DNA of 64,000 nt, taken from assembly GCA_050084515.1 (NCBI GenBank), contig CM114271.1, positions 27,094,001 through 27,158,000 of the forward strand, read 5' to 3'. Shown here in pieces: positions 15,401 to 37,324 of this stretch; the first letter of the stretch is position 1, and every line of letters begins with the position of its first letter. The notes beneath the pieces were generated by a model, which saw only the letters and a list, made by a program, of their open reading frames with translations, made no database searches and had not been told where the DNA came from. Origin of the DNA: Blasia pusilla. Its lineage: Eukaryota. Made by a program: the position numbers and the translations under genes.

Positions 15401-16447
15401 TCTTGACCTGCTATAGAGGGTCAAGGGCCAGTTCCCAAAGTGAAAAGTCAACTTTACTCATAACAGAAATTTGTCCAAAATAGTAAATTTCCCTATATAG
15501 CTCTAAATGAGCGGAAACGAATGAGAAACTTGCTCTCTCAAGTTACTCGAGGCCTCAAGAGGTCATCCTCGACCTCCCGAGGCTGTCCTCCAATATTCTC
15601 AATGGCGCTATATTATAAACTTGTCGATCTATCCTAAAAGACGTGACAAAGCACTCATCCTTATATAAGCTACAAATTCCCTCTGCACTTTTATTTGAGC
15701 CAAACTCATTCTTCCAATGAGAGGCTTGGGTTACACACACAAGGCAAGGAGGACCATAGCTCCGCCGCCTCATGCCAAGAGGTTCAACAAAGAGAGAATG
15801 AGCTCTCAAGCTCTTTCTCTTGGAGGTATACCCCCTTCCCTCTCCCAAGCCCTATCCACGATCATCTATGCTCGCACGTCACCTCCTTGGCTCTTGACCT
15901 CTTGTAGTGGCTCAAGGGCCACTTCCCAAAGTAGAAAGTCAACTATAACAAAATGGTAACTTACCCAAAATTATAAGCTCCTCAATATAGCTCCAAATGA
16001 GCCGACATGAAGGGGAAAGCTGCTCTCTCATGTTTTGTGTGCCCTTAGCAGATCATCCTCGATCTCTTGAGGTTGTTCTCTAGTATCTTTGAAGGTACTC
16101 TACTAGATCTCGTTGATCTATTCCTAAAAGACATGACAGTTGTCGTGCGCATACACATCACTATGCAACATACATCGTTGTCACCGAATATACACACAAA
16201 CATACACAATCCTATGCTAACTCATGGAATATATACAACGAGACAAGAAGTACCAAAATATCTCCAATCGCCCCCCTAGTTGGTGGTTAGGTCCCTCTAA
16301 CTCTAGATAGCCATCTATCCTTACCTACCATGACATACATCTCTCACACACTAAGAGAAAATGGCTAGGTGCTCATGTGGCTCCATCGTTAGTCGCGTTC
16401 TTGTCATCCATGTCATAGACACAAGTCGAAATCTACAACTACCTACT

Positions 16448-16708
16448 CTATGTACATCTGGGGCACATCCATCGTCCCCGAGGAACCCTAGTGAGAGGTA
16501 GCGTCAGACATGCCATATACCACCCTCTCGAATATCCATCACAGACTAGCATAGTGGTTGCACCACGGGCAAAACCACACAACATACATTGCAACCTTGC
16601 AGGAACTACGGCTAAGCTTGGATCAACTGTATCGTCAATATTAGGAAGATGACATGACGCACAGTTACGCACATGGTCCTTCCAAACCCTACCATCGCAT
16701 CCCTCCAA
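16448..16708 (-). pseudogene. Integrase C-terminus with PHD finger (G1 copy b)
   Basis: CMLCG...MLVCDGYSRGWYMACLTLPLTRVPRGRWMCPRC has C4HC3 PHD spacing, with two ligands mutated to Tyr. Confidence 0.85.
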
Positions 16709-17186
16709 TAAGAGGACACCACTCTCAAGATGGTGCGCCCTACAATCACATCAAACGTCAAGGGTGTCGTCTTCTGAAAGTAGACACAGTCTCCCTGATG
16801 AAACCCCCGGATAGTAGGTAGATAACCATCTCACCGAATAGTTGCATACCTCAACATATCTCAATGCTAGGCAATTGCCATGTTCTCAAACGCCATGGGC
16901 ATCACTTTCCAAAATAACTCAACCCTCTCAGAACATACTCGCATCCATATATCAGGGTCATCAAGGTTCAACACCTCACCAACATCTCAACGAATGGCCG
17001 TAGGTAAACCCGGATCTCGGCCATAAAGTAGCAAGTACGGTGAGAAAGACGCTAAGGTTGCCTACGTGTTGAATCTGTATCCCATTGCCAATCATGGTAA
17101 CTGAAGGTCCCAATCTCCTAGGTGACCAATTTACAAGCCATAATTGCATAATCCACTCTTCACCGTCTGCACAACCCTCTCCGCTA

Positions 17187-19328
17187 TGTCACATATGAGT
17201 AGCCGATAGGCCGAGATCTATCGTGGATGGGGCGTAGGAGCCAACGGACTATCTTGAGTGTAACTTTATCCCACGATGTCAGATGAGGTTGAGGGTAGGT
17301 CCATTGTGTTAAGAATGTTGTTTCTCACAACTTTCCTATTGAGGTCTTTCACAACCGGGTGACTTGTTGACCAGGTCACCCGCCCCTGGTAACATGTGGG
17401 CACATGTTACCAAGGGGATAACTATTTTTAGGGGAAGAGCCTTTTGGCTCTTCCCAACCCTATATAAGAGAGGAAGATGGCTTTCCTAAACCATCTTTCT
17501 CATGTTGGGCCGTTGGAGCACCTCTCTTGTATGTGTGTGAGATAGGACTAGCGTCCGGATTCCTTGATAGCACAGGGTGGACGAGGCTCGATATACCGAT
17601 GTAGATTGAGGAGTGGAGTTTTAGGCCGGGTGTGCCGTTTTTACTACTCTTTATTTTTATATGAGAAAGATGCTAGGGGGCTAGTGGGAATTCATTGTTT
17701 GCAGGTAGGCAAGCGAGTTGCCTCGGTGGGAAGCCCTGGAGACGCAAGTTGGAATTTTTGTTGGTCATTTTATGTTCGGAAGGCCGTGGGCGGAAGGGAA
17801 GCGCTGCCCGTTTTTCAAAAATTTATTTGGTGCAGGTTGACGGGGGACAGCAGCCGAGTGTAGTGTGCGGTGGGGCGTCGGGTGTACTCGAGTGAGGGTG
17901 TCAAGAGAGAGAAGAAAAGAGCAAGTTTGGGTTTTGCAGCCGCCGTGGGGTTGTCAAGTAAAGGTGGCTAGCTAGGGTTAGGTTGCATAGATGGGCACAT
18001 ACGGCTTCCCCCCCCTCTCACCTCCCAAATTTTGGGGAGGCCACGGGCCCCACATTTAGGCGTGATGGAGTAGAGGTGACTTTATGAGGTTGAGAGTGAA
18101 CGTGGTAGGGGTCTGGCCAAGTTTCAAAGTTGCAATTTTTGTGGAGTAGTAGGAGGGATTTGGGCGAGCGTGGATGGGATTTGAGACGAGAGTTGGCAGT
18201 CATTACGGGTTGATTGGGGGCGGAAGTACTTGACGTTAGCATAGGTGAGCTAGTGAGGAGTGTGGGAGACTCTCGGGGAGTCTGAGTGCTTGAGCGGGTG
18301 AGACAGGGTTGTCATCACGGCGTTCTTCCAGGGTCGGAAGAACGGGTAGTGCGAGAAGTAGTAGTGGTGTGACACGAAGTGGAGTGAGATACCAAGGGGT
18401 TACCAGTGAGGAGCTACCTCGACATCCATCTGTGGCTGGATCGTGATCACTAGACACTGGGTCTGGTGACGAGATCGTAGACGGAGACACTATCACTTGG
18501 CTAGAGATGGACGACATGGGCCATCAAGGCATGCATTGTTTCTCGGGTGCAGTGGGCACCATTGACTTAGATGATTTTATTCAAGAGTTCGACACGTGGT
18601 GCGACTTCCAAGAGACACGGACCCCGACATGGTTCAACCCTTTCATGGCATGGAAGGGGTTGTTCCATCACTTGGAGGGTCCTCCGATGGATGACTACAT
18701 GGAGTTTCGATCACTATATTCAGTAGAGATCGATGCTTGGAGGATGTATTGGATTCCAGGGTATGTGTCCACTAGTGATCTCGAGGCATATGATGGGATC
18801 GTAAGAGGATAGAGACCCACACCATCAACCCGGAGACTAGATGGAGAGGAGGGTAGTGAGACAAGCAATGTGGCAGAGACCTCTGGTGGTAGAGGGCCAC
18901 CCAGCTTCAGTCCCACAGTGGAGTTCTTCCAAAAATTGAGGAAGAGCTACCAGGGCATACGCACCGACAAGCTGGAGAGTCTACAGGATTTTGAACGACG
19001 ATCGGGTGATCATTGCTACATATGGAGTGATCATATGGAGTGAGTGAGGTTGATCATTGCTACATATGGAGTGATTGAGGCGTAGTCAGTCCAGTATTGG
19101 TACGGGGTTCTGGACCAAGAACTACGGAGGAGAGTCCGAGATGCGGTGCTGATTCACACAGCGAAGCCCACATTGAAAGGTAATCTTTGAGTTGTGTGAT
19201 CTCCATGTATATGTATGAGTTGATTTCTGTACATGTGTGGATCTATCCATGTGTGGGGAAGATCAATGTTATGCGATGTAGATGTGACCAGCGATGTATG
19301 TTGTGTAGCGATATGTATGCGCACGATA
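17187..19328 (+). mobile_element. Internally deleted 2.1-kb G1-related retroelement (gag fragment only) inserted in the integrase of copy b
   Basis: Starts TGTCAC and ends ...TGTATGCGCACGATA (A-type terminus). Flanked by GCTA/GTTA, a 4-bp TSD with one transition. The flanks rejoin to match the uninterrupted integrase at ~30590-30610. ORF 18507-18812 (FSGAVGTIDLDDFIQEF..WCD...HLEGPPMDDY) is homologous to the gag at 53623. Confidence 0.8.
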
Positions 19329-21989
19329 GTTAGTCCATCCGCCTCAAGATGATTTCATGAAGTGGTACGGTGGTCGATCAACGCTTGATCACACAAGGCC
19401 TGAAACTCCCCGCGAAACTCTGTACTCTGGTCTATCAACAACTCACTTGGTGCATCGTACTAACTGAGCACTCGATCTAAGAAAGCATATGCTACTCCCT
19501 TACTCGCTTTGTCAGGCAATGCTACCAACTCTATCCACTTTGAGAAGTGCTCGACCATCATCAACACATAATGACAATGGCGCTCCGTCAATGGTAAAGG
19601 TCCTGCAAAATCCAACCTCCATCTTTAACCTAAATCCATGATCGGAAGTGGATGCAATTGTGGAGACGGAGCATTGAATGATGTTCAGAACCGATCACAC
19701 ACCATGCACCTAATATAAACTACTGATCGTCAATGTGCATGCCTCGCCACCGATACTGTATCTGGAGCAAGCTATACATTCGCTTCAAAATGATCCAACT
19801 CCTCGTGGGCATGACGCACCAAACGTACTCCCTGTGAAGAATGAGGCACTACAGGTACTCTACCATCCTCCCAAACTCACAACACATATGTCCCCTCCCA
19901 CCAAAACCGTTTGGCTCGCTGTAGGATCCAATCCTGCTCTCTAGCACTCATTGTGCTCGGGACGCTGCCACTACCCAAGTACTCCAAGACTACTATATCC
20001 TCGTGAATGTCTCGGCCACCTGTTGTCTCCTCACAAGCCTTTGGATCTAAGGACTCTCCATCAAACCTCGCCATCGAAGTCTCAGCAATCTGGCTCTCCA
20101 TAGCCAGTAAGCCCAAATAGGCTGAAGTGTGCCATCTTGGCACCAACTCCTCATCACTCTCTCCATGCCAACGAGCTCTAATTGCATCTCGCTGACTCGG
20201 GCATGGGTTACGGCTCAAACCATCTCCATCCTGGTTGAGCGTCCTAGGTCTATGCACCACCTGGAAATCATACTCGTGCAACAAAAGAGCCCATCTCGCA
20301 ATCTTCCTTGTAAGTTTGTCGGACTCCATCAACCACTTAATGGCTGGTGATCAGTAATAATGGTAAAGGAATTTCTGAATAAGTAACACTTGAAATTGCG
20401 ACAACCCACACTGTAGCCAAACACTCACCCTCATACGAGCTATACTTTGCCTCTACAGCGTTGTTTGAGCAACTAGCGTAAGCCACCACAAACTCTCTAC
20501 CCTCATCATCATGCTGAGTGAGCACAGCTCCAAACCCCAACATGCTCTAATCGGTATGTAATTGGAAAGGACGCCCCCTGATCGGTCTCCTCAATATGGG
20601 CGCGGACGTCAATTTGTTCTTGAGTAGTTGAAATGCTCTCTCTTCCTCATCCCCCTAGTGCCACTCTTGATCCACCTTGGTCAGCAAGATTAGCGACTTT
20701 GCAAGCAAACTGAAACCCTTGACGTACCGTTGATAGAAGTTTGCCAATCCCATGAATGTACGAACTCAACTTACATTTGTAGGGTGTGGAATGCGAGAAA
20801 TAGCCTCTACCTTTGTCTGCTGCACACCAAGGCTACCTGGGTATGTGGTATGACCCAGATCCTCAATCAGGTTGTAGAAGAACTTGCACTTGCATGGAAG
20901 TAGCTTCAGCCCATGTAACAGCAATCGTCCAAATAACTCCTCTAGATGTTGCTCATGCTCCTCAACCGTGACGCTAAAGACTACGATATCATCAATATAA
21001 CATCTAGCAAAATCCAGTCCTGCCAAGATCCTATCCATGACCATGTGAAACTCAGTCGGGGCGTTCTTTAACCCAAATGTTAAGAACCGCCATTGGTACA
21101 AGCAATCCTTCATGTGAGTATTGATGCCCCAAAATGTCGACGTCTACCTATCCTCTAATTTGATAGGCATCTGATGGTATCCGTCTCAAAGATCCAACAA
21201 ACTAAAGACCTTTGCATGCCCAATAACATCTAAGATCTCCTCAGGGGTGGGCATGGCATGCTTGTTGGACTTCGTTTGTCGATTGATAGGTCGATAACCT
21301 CCACACATCCGCCTATCCGTCCAGTTGCAATGCACATCCTTCTTGGCGTGCATGACAGTGGCGGATGCATACTTTCCATGCGACATCTCCACTAGTCTTG
21401 CTCCAACCAAGTCCTGGCTCCTACTCTGAATCAAAGCCCTCTCCATGTCACTTTACCTGTAGGATCATCGGAAGATTGGCGTGTAGCTCGACAACTCAAT
21501 GCGGATCCTTGGACCCTTCATCATTCACAAATCATGCATACTAAATGCAAAAAAACTCCTACAACTCCTAAGGAACTAATGTATCCAACGCCGCTCTCCT
21601 CCTATCAACTTAGGGCCAATATTTGACTCCCAAATCTCCAGTGTGACTACGGTAGGACTCTCGGACGCGGGTATTGGTGGTTGCTATGGTGCAACCCCAT
21701 CTCAGACAACAACACTCGATTGCTCCTTTGCAACCAACAGCAAAATATGATCTCATCCACATGTAGTACCCAAAACCACGCTTGATGTTGTGGATGCCAT
21801 CTCTCAATGTACCTGCAAAACATCCCAAGAAGTCCAAGGATGTCTCTCGTGATCATCTTTGGTGTGTCAATCTCCTCGAGTCTTGCCCACACCCACTTCC
21901 TCAACCGTCTCGGTAGGCATGGGGCTCACTAACGCAAAAACTGTGATCTGTTGCATCCTCAAATGACGCTACTCAACTACTCCTAAGCT

Positions 21990-22920
21990 GAAAATCCATG
22001 TCAAGCAGTTCAGGTCCATCGCTTGACCCAAGACATGATGTCGTGATGCCTTTGATAGTGACGGTACTGCCATCACTCCTGTGGGGAACCCCATTTCCCG
22101 CTCTTGCTCATCAGCGTTAGGCTATACGTGGTCATCCCAAACCAAGCCACGTCCGGCCTCCTTGAATGCATAGGAAGTGGCAAAAATCACAAACATGAGA
22201 AAGGCTGCATGTGGCATGCCAATCGTGTTGACCACAGTCAATGGTGATTGATCATCGTCTCTCAGTGCGTGTGATCAACGATCTAGATCTAGAATAGAAT
22301 CCGCCAACAAATTGGAGGGGCACTCCACTCTTGCATAAGCCCTCTAAAACACCCCATATGGCACCAAGTTGGTCCACCAAAGACGCGGGCAATGTGCTCG
22401 TGAACCTACACTCGTCGCATCGAACAACACTGCTAGGCCAATCCATGCGCGCACATGATGTGCACTCATCACCACTCGGGACCTTAAATTGCCCAAATTC
22501 TGCACATTCTTTAGAATGTATGTTGGAGAACGAGGCTCATGCTCTTGCAAGTGTCGCAAGATCTGCATCATCCCCAAACAACTTGGATCTAGTGTCAACC
22601 AACCCGCTACCTCGACTAGCACTTGACTGGCCTTGACACTGCCAACTAGCAATGACCAAATCTATGGTCCCTACCTGCTCCAAGTCTTGCGTCCCCAATA
22701 ATGAAATGTCTCTTGGTAGGAAACTCTAGTACCTCCGAACGGCGGACGCAGACAACAAGTCGAGAAATCAGAGGCGTAACTGCGCCACATGATGAAGTGA
22801 AGCGCACCTAGCAACATCATCAATCTAAACGTACAAGTATTGTTGCACGCTCACTATTGCCTACAAAACAATAGCTAAGCCAGTGTTGATCGCTCTAAAG
22901 AGATCCAACACGCAAATACT
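21990..22920 (-). pseudogene. C5 cytosine DNA methyltransferase domain (DNMT3-like) in G1 copy b
   Basis: Motifs in order: ICVLDLFRAI (I), GTIDLVIASWQCQGQS (IV), TYILKNV (VI), DATSVGSRAHCPRLWWTNL (VIII). Collinear with copy d. Confidence 0.85.
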
Positions 22921-25400
22921 CTCCTCTAGGATGCGCCACATAATTGGGGTGGTATCCAAAGAGATCATAGTAGCACTCCTTGATACCTTGAGTTCCTCTG
23001 ACCTGTCACGCTTTGGTACGAATGCCTGACTCCACGTCATCTGTCTGTCATCTGTCAAGCGTTGGAGCTCCTCACTTGAGACCCACAATGGCACCTCTCC
23101 TCCACGGAATGATGCGACTACCACAACACTCCTCTCCCTAGAAGTGTCAGGCGCGGGGATATCCTTTGCATGGACATGCTCCTCAATCAAGTCACAAGAC
23201 CACGTGATGGCATTATTAAATGTGGCTAATATCGCCATCTCTCCTGGCCGTGGCTTGATCACTCCACCTGTGAATCGAACGGATAATGAGCTAAGTCGCC
23301 CATTACCTGATTACTGTCCTGGTCTATAGGACATTGACTCCTCCTAGTAATCCAAGGAAAATCCCATCAGGTACAAAAATGCTCCACCAACCAAGACGTC
23401 GTAGGACTCGACATCGGTCACTATCGCCTTGGCTCGCACCACGGACTCCTCTATAGGATGTCTTGGGAGAATCCTCACCACGACCTCATGTCGGATAATA
23501 AACTGTATGGTACTTGCTCCACCCAAGGATGTCTGTATCCGGAATGGACATCGACCCTCGTCGGGCCTAAGCCCGTGAATGCCGCTTTCCTTAACATCAT
23601 GGGTTGCCCTCCTAAATCTAACAAGACACGCAGTGGACAAAACACTCTACCTCTTGGACTAACCATATGGAATACCTCTCCCCGATTATCCAGCAACACA
23701 ACACCTGGAGCAACTATGGCACGCTCTATCGCGGGTCTAGCCAACATCTCCGCAATCCTAGCAGCTGCAACCTGCCATGAGTCTGAGGTGGACGGACCGA
23801 GCATCAACTCCAAGGGCAGGTCCATCACCTCCTTTGCAATCATCTATGAACGTGATGCAAGAACACCATCTCCACGCTCACATAGCGTAGCGCCAATCCG
23901 AAAACCCCGGCGGGCGTACCTCCCAACGTCATAACATTGGAAACAGAAAATAGCAGAGCACGGTATACCATCGTGGCCTCCCCCAACATCGTACTTGACA
24001 CATGCTCCTCCCGAGCATCAGCAATAGGAATTGTCGCACTTGCGTCTCCCATCGCCCTCCGTGCCTGCACACCAACAACATCAAGTCTCCGAGAATTCTG
24101 ATCAAGACTCATCGATGGGGTCCTCATTGCCTCAGACAACGTGAAAGATTGAGGAAGCCTGGTCTATTTCTTGGCTTCCCCTCTTTGTGGATCCAACTCT
24201 ACAGCGGCTCCATGTGTAACAACAATGGCTACCTCCAACTGGACAATCGCGCACATCCAGCCACGATCCAGTTGGGGTCCTCCATATCTCCGGCTGCTCT
24301 ATAAGACGTCGATGCCACGATCCGGCATCGGATAACCTCAATGCCATAGCGACAATCTGCTATATCTGAGCCGTCAGCCTAGCCTCACGCCCGACGTCTC
24401 CCTCGATGCGTCTAGGTGGAAAAACTCTAGCTCCTCCACGGGAAACTCCACCACCCCCTCACGCAACTTTAACTCCTTATCCCCCAACAATAGGACTTGG
24501 TGCATGACCTCTAGTCCTACCTAGACCAACAACTCGCTTTGGTGCCCTCTCTAGCCCTCGGTCCGGACGTAATTCACGGTGGAGGCTGAAACACCTGGCG
24601 CGTGTCTCACTGTACCTCTAACAATCATCACACCGATAAACTCCTGGTGTGGCACATCTCCTCCTCCATGCTGAGTCATGCGTCCATAACCTTGACAGAT
24701 GCAATCACGTTGGTGATGGGCTCAACCACATGACCAACAAATAATTGCAGGTGGCTGCTACTAAAGCCGCATATGAAGGCGCAAGTCTCTGTGGCATGGC
24801 CTCCCAGTATGATCCATGAGCTTGTGGTGCCACATACCTCTCTGGAAATCCATATTGCTGCACTAGTGGTGCAGAAAATCGTGACTGCTCTCGCCCAGAA
24901 CCCGTGGTGGCTACACTCTCCTCCGCCATGTTCCGCTCAATGTCCTTGGCAGTGGTAAAAACATCTCTTAACGTAGGTGAGATGTGCATAAGAATCACCC
25001 CATCCCTCACCCGTTTCCGCAGGTTTTGCTCCAGCATCGCATACCATGATTGGATAGCCTGGGACTCTATCATCCTTAGAATGACGCAAATCAACTAGCC
25101 CTAGCGAGTGTAGGCCTCACAAAAACTCTCACCCAGGCGCCTCTAGAAGTCGTGGATGCTCCGCATCTTCTCCGTCCGTACCCCCTACTAGCTCGTCCGC
25201 AACTCTGCAAAGAACTCAATCACAAGGTTGAACCTAAGACGAACCTGACTGGACGGTGCAACTGGTCCAATGCGAGCTACCCCTCCTAAAACATCACTGG
25301 TGGAAGAGGAAGAAGCCTCTCTGACTCCTCTTCCTCATCTAGAAACGGCTTCGTCCATGACACATAGTGTGGGTCATAGTAGAGTCTCCATGCCTCAATC

Positions 25401-26190
25401 CACTAGAACAAATCTTGGTTTTTATGACTAGCTCATATGACTTCTGTTAGTCATACATGTCCATAAATGACTGAAAATAACTGATGACTCATGGAGTCAT
25501 AAAAGCCTAGTAATGTACCATGCCATGACTAGAGTCATTTTGGGATAACTCTAGTCATTATTAACAATGATTGACACATCATCAAGCAACGTATGACAGA
25601 ATGAAGTCATATATTCCGATTTCCATGTCTACATATGACATGGCAATGACTTGAAGAAAAAAAATGATATGTTGACACGTGGCAATGATAAATTATGACT
25701 TAGTCATATTCATCATTTGGATTGGTCAAAATGACTTAGTTATGATCTATGACTGGGTCATATCCATCACTCAGATGGTCTAAATGACTTGGTGGTGATG
25801 CACTTCTCAGTCATATTTATCACTTGGATGGTTTAAATGACTGAGTCATATACCGAGTCATATAGATTAACAACATTTGTTAAAATGATTGAGTCGTGAT
25901 ACATGAGTCATATATTCAGTCATATAGGTCACCTAAAATTTAGTCATTGTGATCATTGGAATCATAGTGATCTTTTTGTATGAATGATTGTATTCTTGAG
26001 TCATCAAATATGAATGAGTCATACAGAGGACTCAGATTTTTCTGAAATGACTCATGATGATTATGTCATAAAATATGATTGAGTCGTATTGATCAATTTG
26101 ATTTGAAAAAATGACATAAGATGGACATATATGACTCTTGTAAATGACTCAGTTTCTTTGATATGACTTACTATCATGTATGACAGTTTT
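25401..26190. repeat. CACTA subterminal repeat region (ATGACT/AGTCAT in both orientations)
   Basis: Many ATGACT and AGTCAT copies, mirrored at 50360-50637. Typical TnpA-binding arrays. Confidence 0.85.
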
Positions 26191-26670
26191 ACATTACTTG
26201 ATGTTCATTATCTCCAGGAGGTTAGGGGAAGATACTTGAGGTATGGCATTCAAGTAGGATATGATGCCCCATGTACAAAACCCTTCCCTGTCTCAAGCTT
26301 ACAACCTTGAATGAAGAAATACAAGAAAGAAAATCCAGCAGAGGGATACCTTCTATTTAAGCTAGTTCTACTCCTACTAACAAGTTTCAGATTGAAAGAG
26401 AGTGAGCAGGGACATGATATAATCTCAAACATTTGGAAGAAGTAAGAAACATAGCTAGATAGAAATACAAGGGCGTGCATATATTCATAGAAATTATTTA
26501 AAAATGGCCCATTGTATATCGCAAAGATAACTTCATGTAGACTAAATCCTAGTGTTGGTACGCTATCAAAATTGCATGTGAAACAAAACATCAGCAAGTA
26601 GTACTAACTGAAATGTATCTACAACTAGAGGGATGCTCTAATGTACAACTTTCTTCAAGTTCATTTCAAG

Positions 26671-26925
26671 CTAGAGAATTGAACCCCCAAGAGCATCACC
26701 CAAGGTGTATTGACGTGGCAAGTCATGCTCATTTGGCTGCCACAACTTATGATCCAAAAAAGCAAGATGGACGGTCTTGAGTTCCACTCGCACTATTCTC
26801 GGAGGAATATCACTTCCATGAACTTTGTCCTGTCCACTCAAACCCCTCACCACACCCTTTCCCAATATTGTCCTACTAAGCTTTGGTTTTGTAATGTGAA
26901 CTTCATCTCCCAGTTGAAGCTGCAA
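26671..26925 (-). pseudogene. Exon of CACTA TnpA-like (TNP1/En/Spm-type) protein
   Basis: GDEVHI...ILGKGVVRGLSGQDKVHGSDIPPRIVRVELKTV...DHKLWQP...TLGDALGGSIL resembles the C-terminal Tnp1/En/Spm domain. It is preceded by a TTGCAG acceptor and lies inside the CACTA TIRs. Confidence 0.65.
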
Positions 26926-27269
26926 ACACAAGATGGAACAGCAAGTCACAAATCTCCATAAGTTAGAAAAATGACTTATAATATAGAATGCAATAACCAC
27001 ATGCTTTTACCTTGGTGAAGGTCCAACCTTCGAGAGGTATAAATCTTGATAATTTCACAGATCCCACCTGATATAAATAATCCCCTATCATTTATAATAC
27101 CGAAGTATAAATGTTTAGGATATATAGAAATATTATCATGAATCTAATGCATCCTCAAAATTTACCTTCCCCGTGAGTTTCTTATTGCTCCCAGATTTCA
27201 CATCGTTGTCTTGTTCGCTGCTCGTATCGTTAATTGTGTTTCCTTCCAATTCAGGCACAAAATAGCCGG

Positions 27270-28599
27270 AATGTACAATATGGAGGTAGGGGAGCTAATA
27301 GAAAAGGGTCATAGGGATCCATCGGCCAGCCTCCACAACCTCAGCCTAGAATTATTGAGCACATGCCTCAGGGCACCTCCTCTGAGCCACAATTGCCAAA
27401 CCAATACATCCCTCAATTACATGCACATGTACCTCTTATTCAGAAAGCTGCCCAAGCTGGGTTTACCTCACAACACGTTTCTTCGTTGACATACATGATG
27501 CCTCTAGCAGTGGTGCAAGATCACAAGTTATCAAGTGTGAGTGGATCGAGCATGCAGGAAAATCCCATGACTAGTGGCTACATGGAATCTGGAACACTCT
27601 ATGGGATTGCTCACTTGAGTAGAGCTTCATCATCAATGGGGAGTACCCCGTCGGCTGGTGCAAGCTTTTCCTCTTTCTAGCATCTTGGGATATCGATGAT
27701 GGAAGTGTCTATAGATAGGGGGGCCAATGGCTTAATCAAGGATCGGATAACTCCTACTGTCATGGTTTCTGGAACTTCACAAACTTCTTCAACTGTTCCA
27801 ATGTTCCCTCTCAAGGCGGAAATGGTGCCACAAAGCAACAATCAAGTTGTACGAGGTAGTTTGCAAATGTAGCAGTTGATGCAGCAGCAACAATAACAGC
27901 AGGTTGCGAGGCAAAGTATACAATCTCATAAATGGGAGGGATATTTTGTAGGCTCTTCTCAACAAACATAGCAGCATCATCAACAACTACAATAGCAAAA
28001 AAAATTAATACAACATAAAAAACACTTACAATAGCATTAGCAACAGTAGTTGTTATAGTAGTAGCAACAACAGAATATTTTACAACAAAAGCAATATCAA
28101 TTACAAAAACAACAAATGCAACAACAGTAAGAGCAGCTACAACAGCAACAACAACAAATTTTACTTTAGCAATAGCAGAAGCAACAATAGCAAGAGCAGC
28201 TACAGCAAGAGCAAGAACAACTTTTACTTCAGCAGCAGGAGCAGTAGTTGCTGCAGCAGCAATAGTGCATATATTTTACAACAAATGTAACTTCAATTAC
28301 AACAGTAGCATGAGCATCTACAAGAGCAACAACAAAAACTTTTACTTCAGCAAAAGCAATATCAATTACAGTAATAGTAGATGCAACAACAGCAGGAGCA
28401 GATACAGCAGTACCAACAACTTTTACTTCAACAAAATTAACAATAGTTATTGCAGCAACAACAACATCAGCAGCAGCGATAACAAAAATATCAGCAGCAA
28501 CAGAAGATTTTACAACAAAACCAACATCAATTACAACAGCAACAGATGCAATTACAGCAGATACTTGATCAGCAATTTGGGCACGAGCTGTTTGATTAA
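27270..28599 (+). pseudogene. Decayed glutamine-rich ORF inside the CACTA element
   Basis: The frame of ORF 27363-27680 continues into a polyQ repeat (LLQQKQYQLQ..MQQQQEQ..QQ). The stops read are TAA/TAG at positions where CAA/CAG would be expected. Confidence 0.55.
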
Positions 28600-28667
28600 A
28601 CTACCCCACACAACAAGCAGTGAGGAATCTCGAGCGAAATGGGGATGATGTAGAAGAATGCTGACAT

Positions 28668-37324
<8,657 letters not shown>

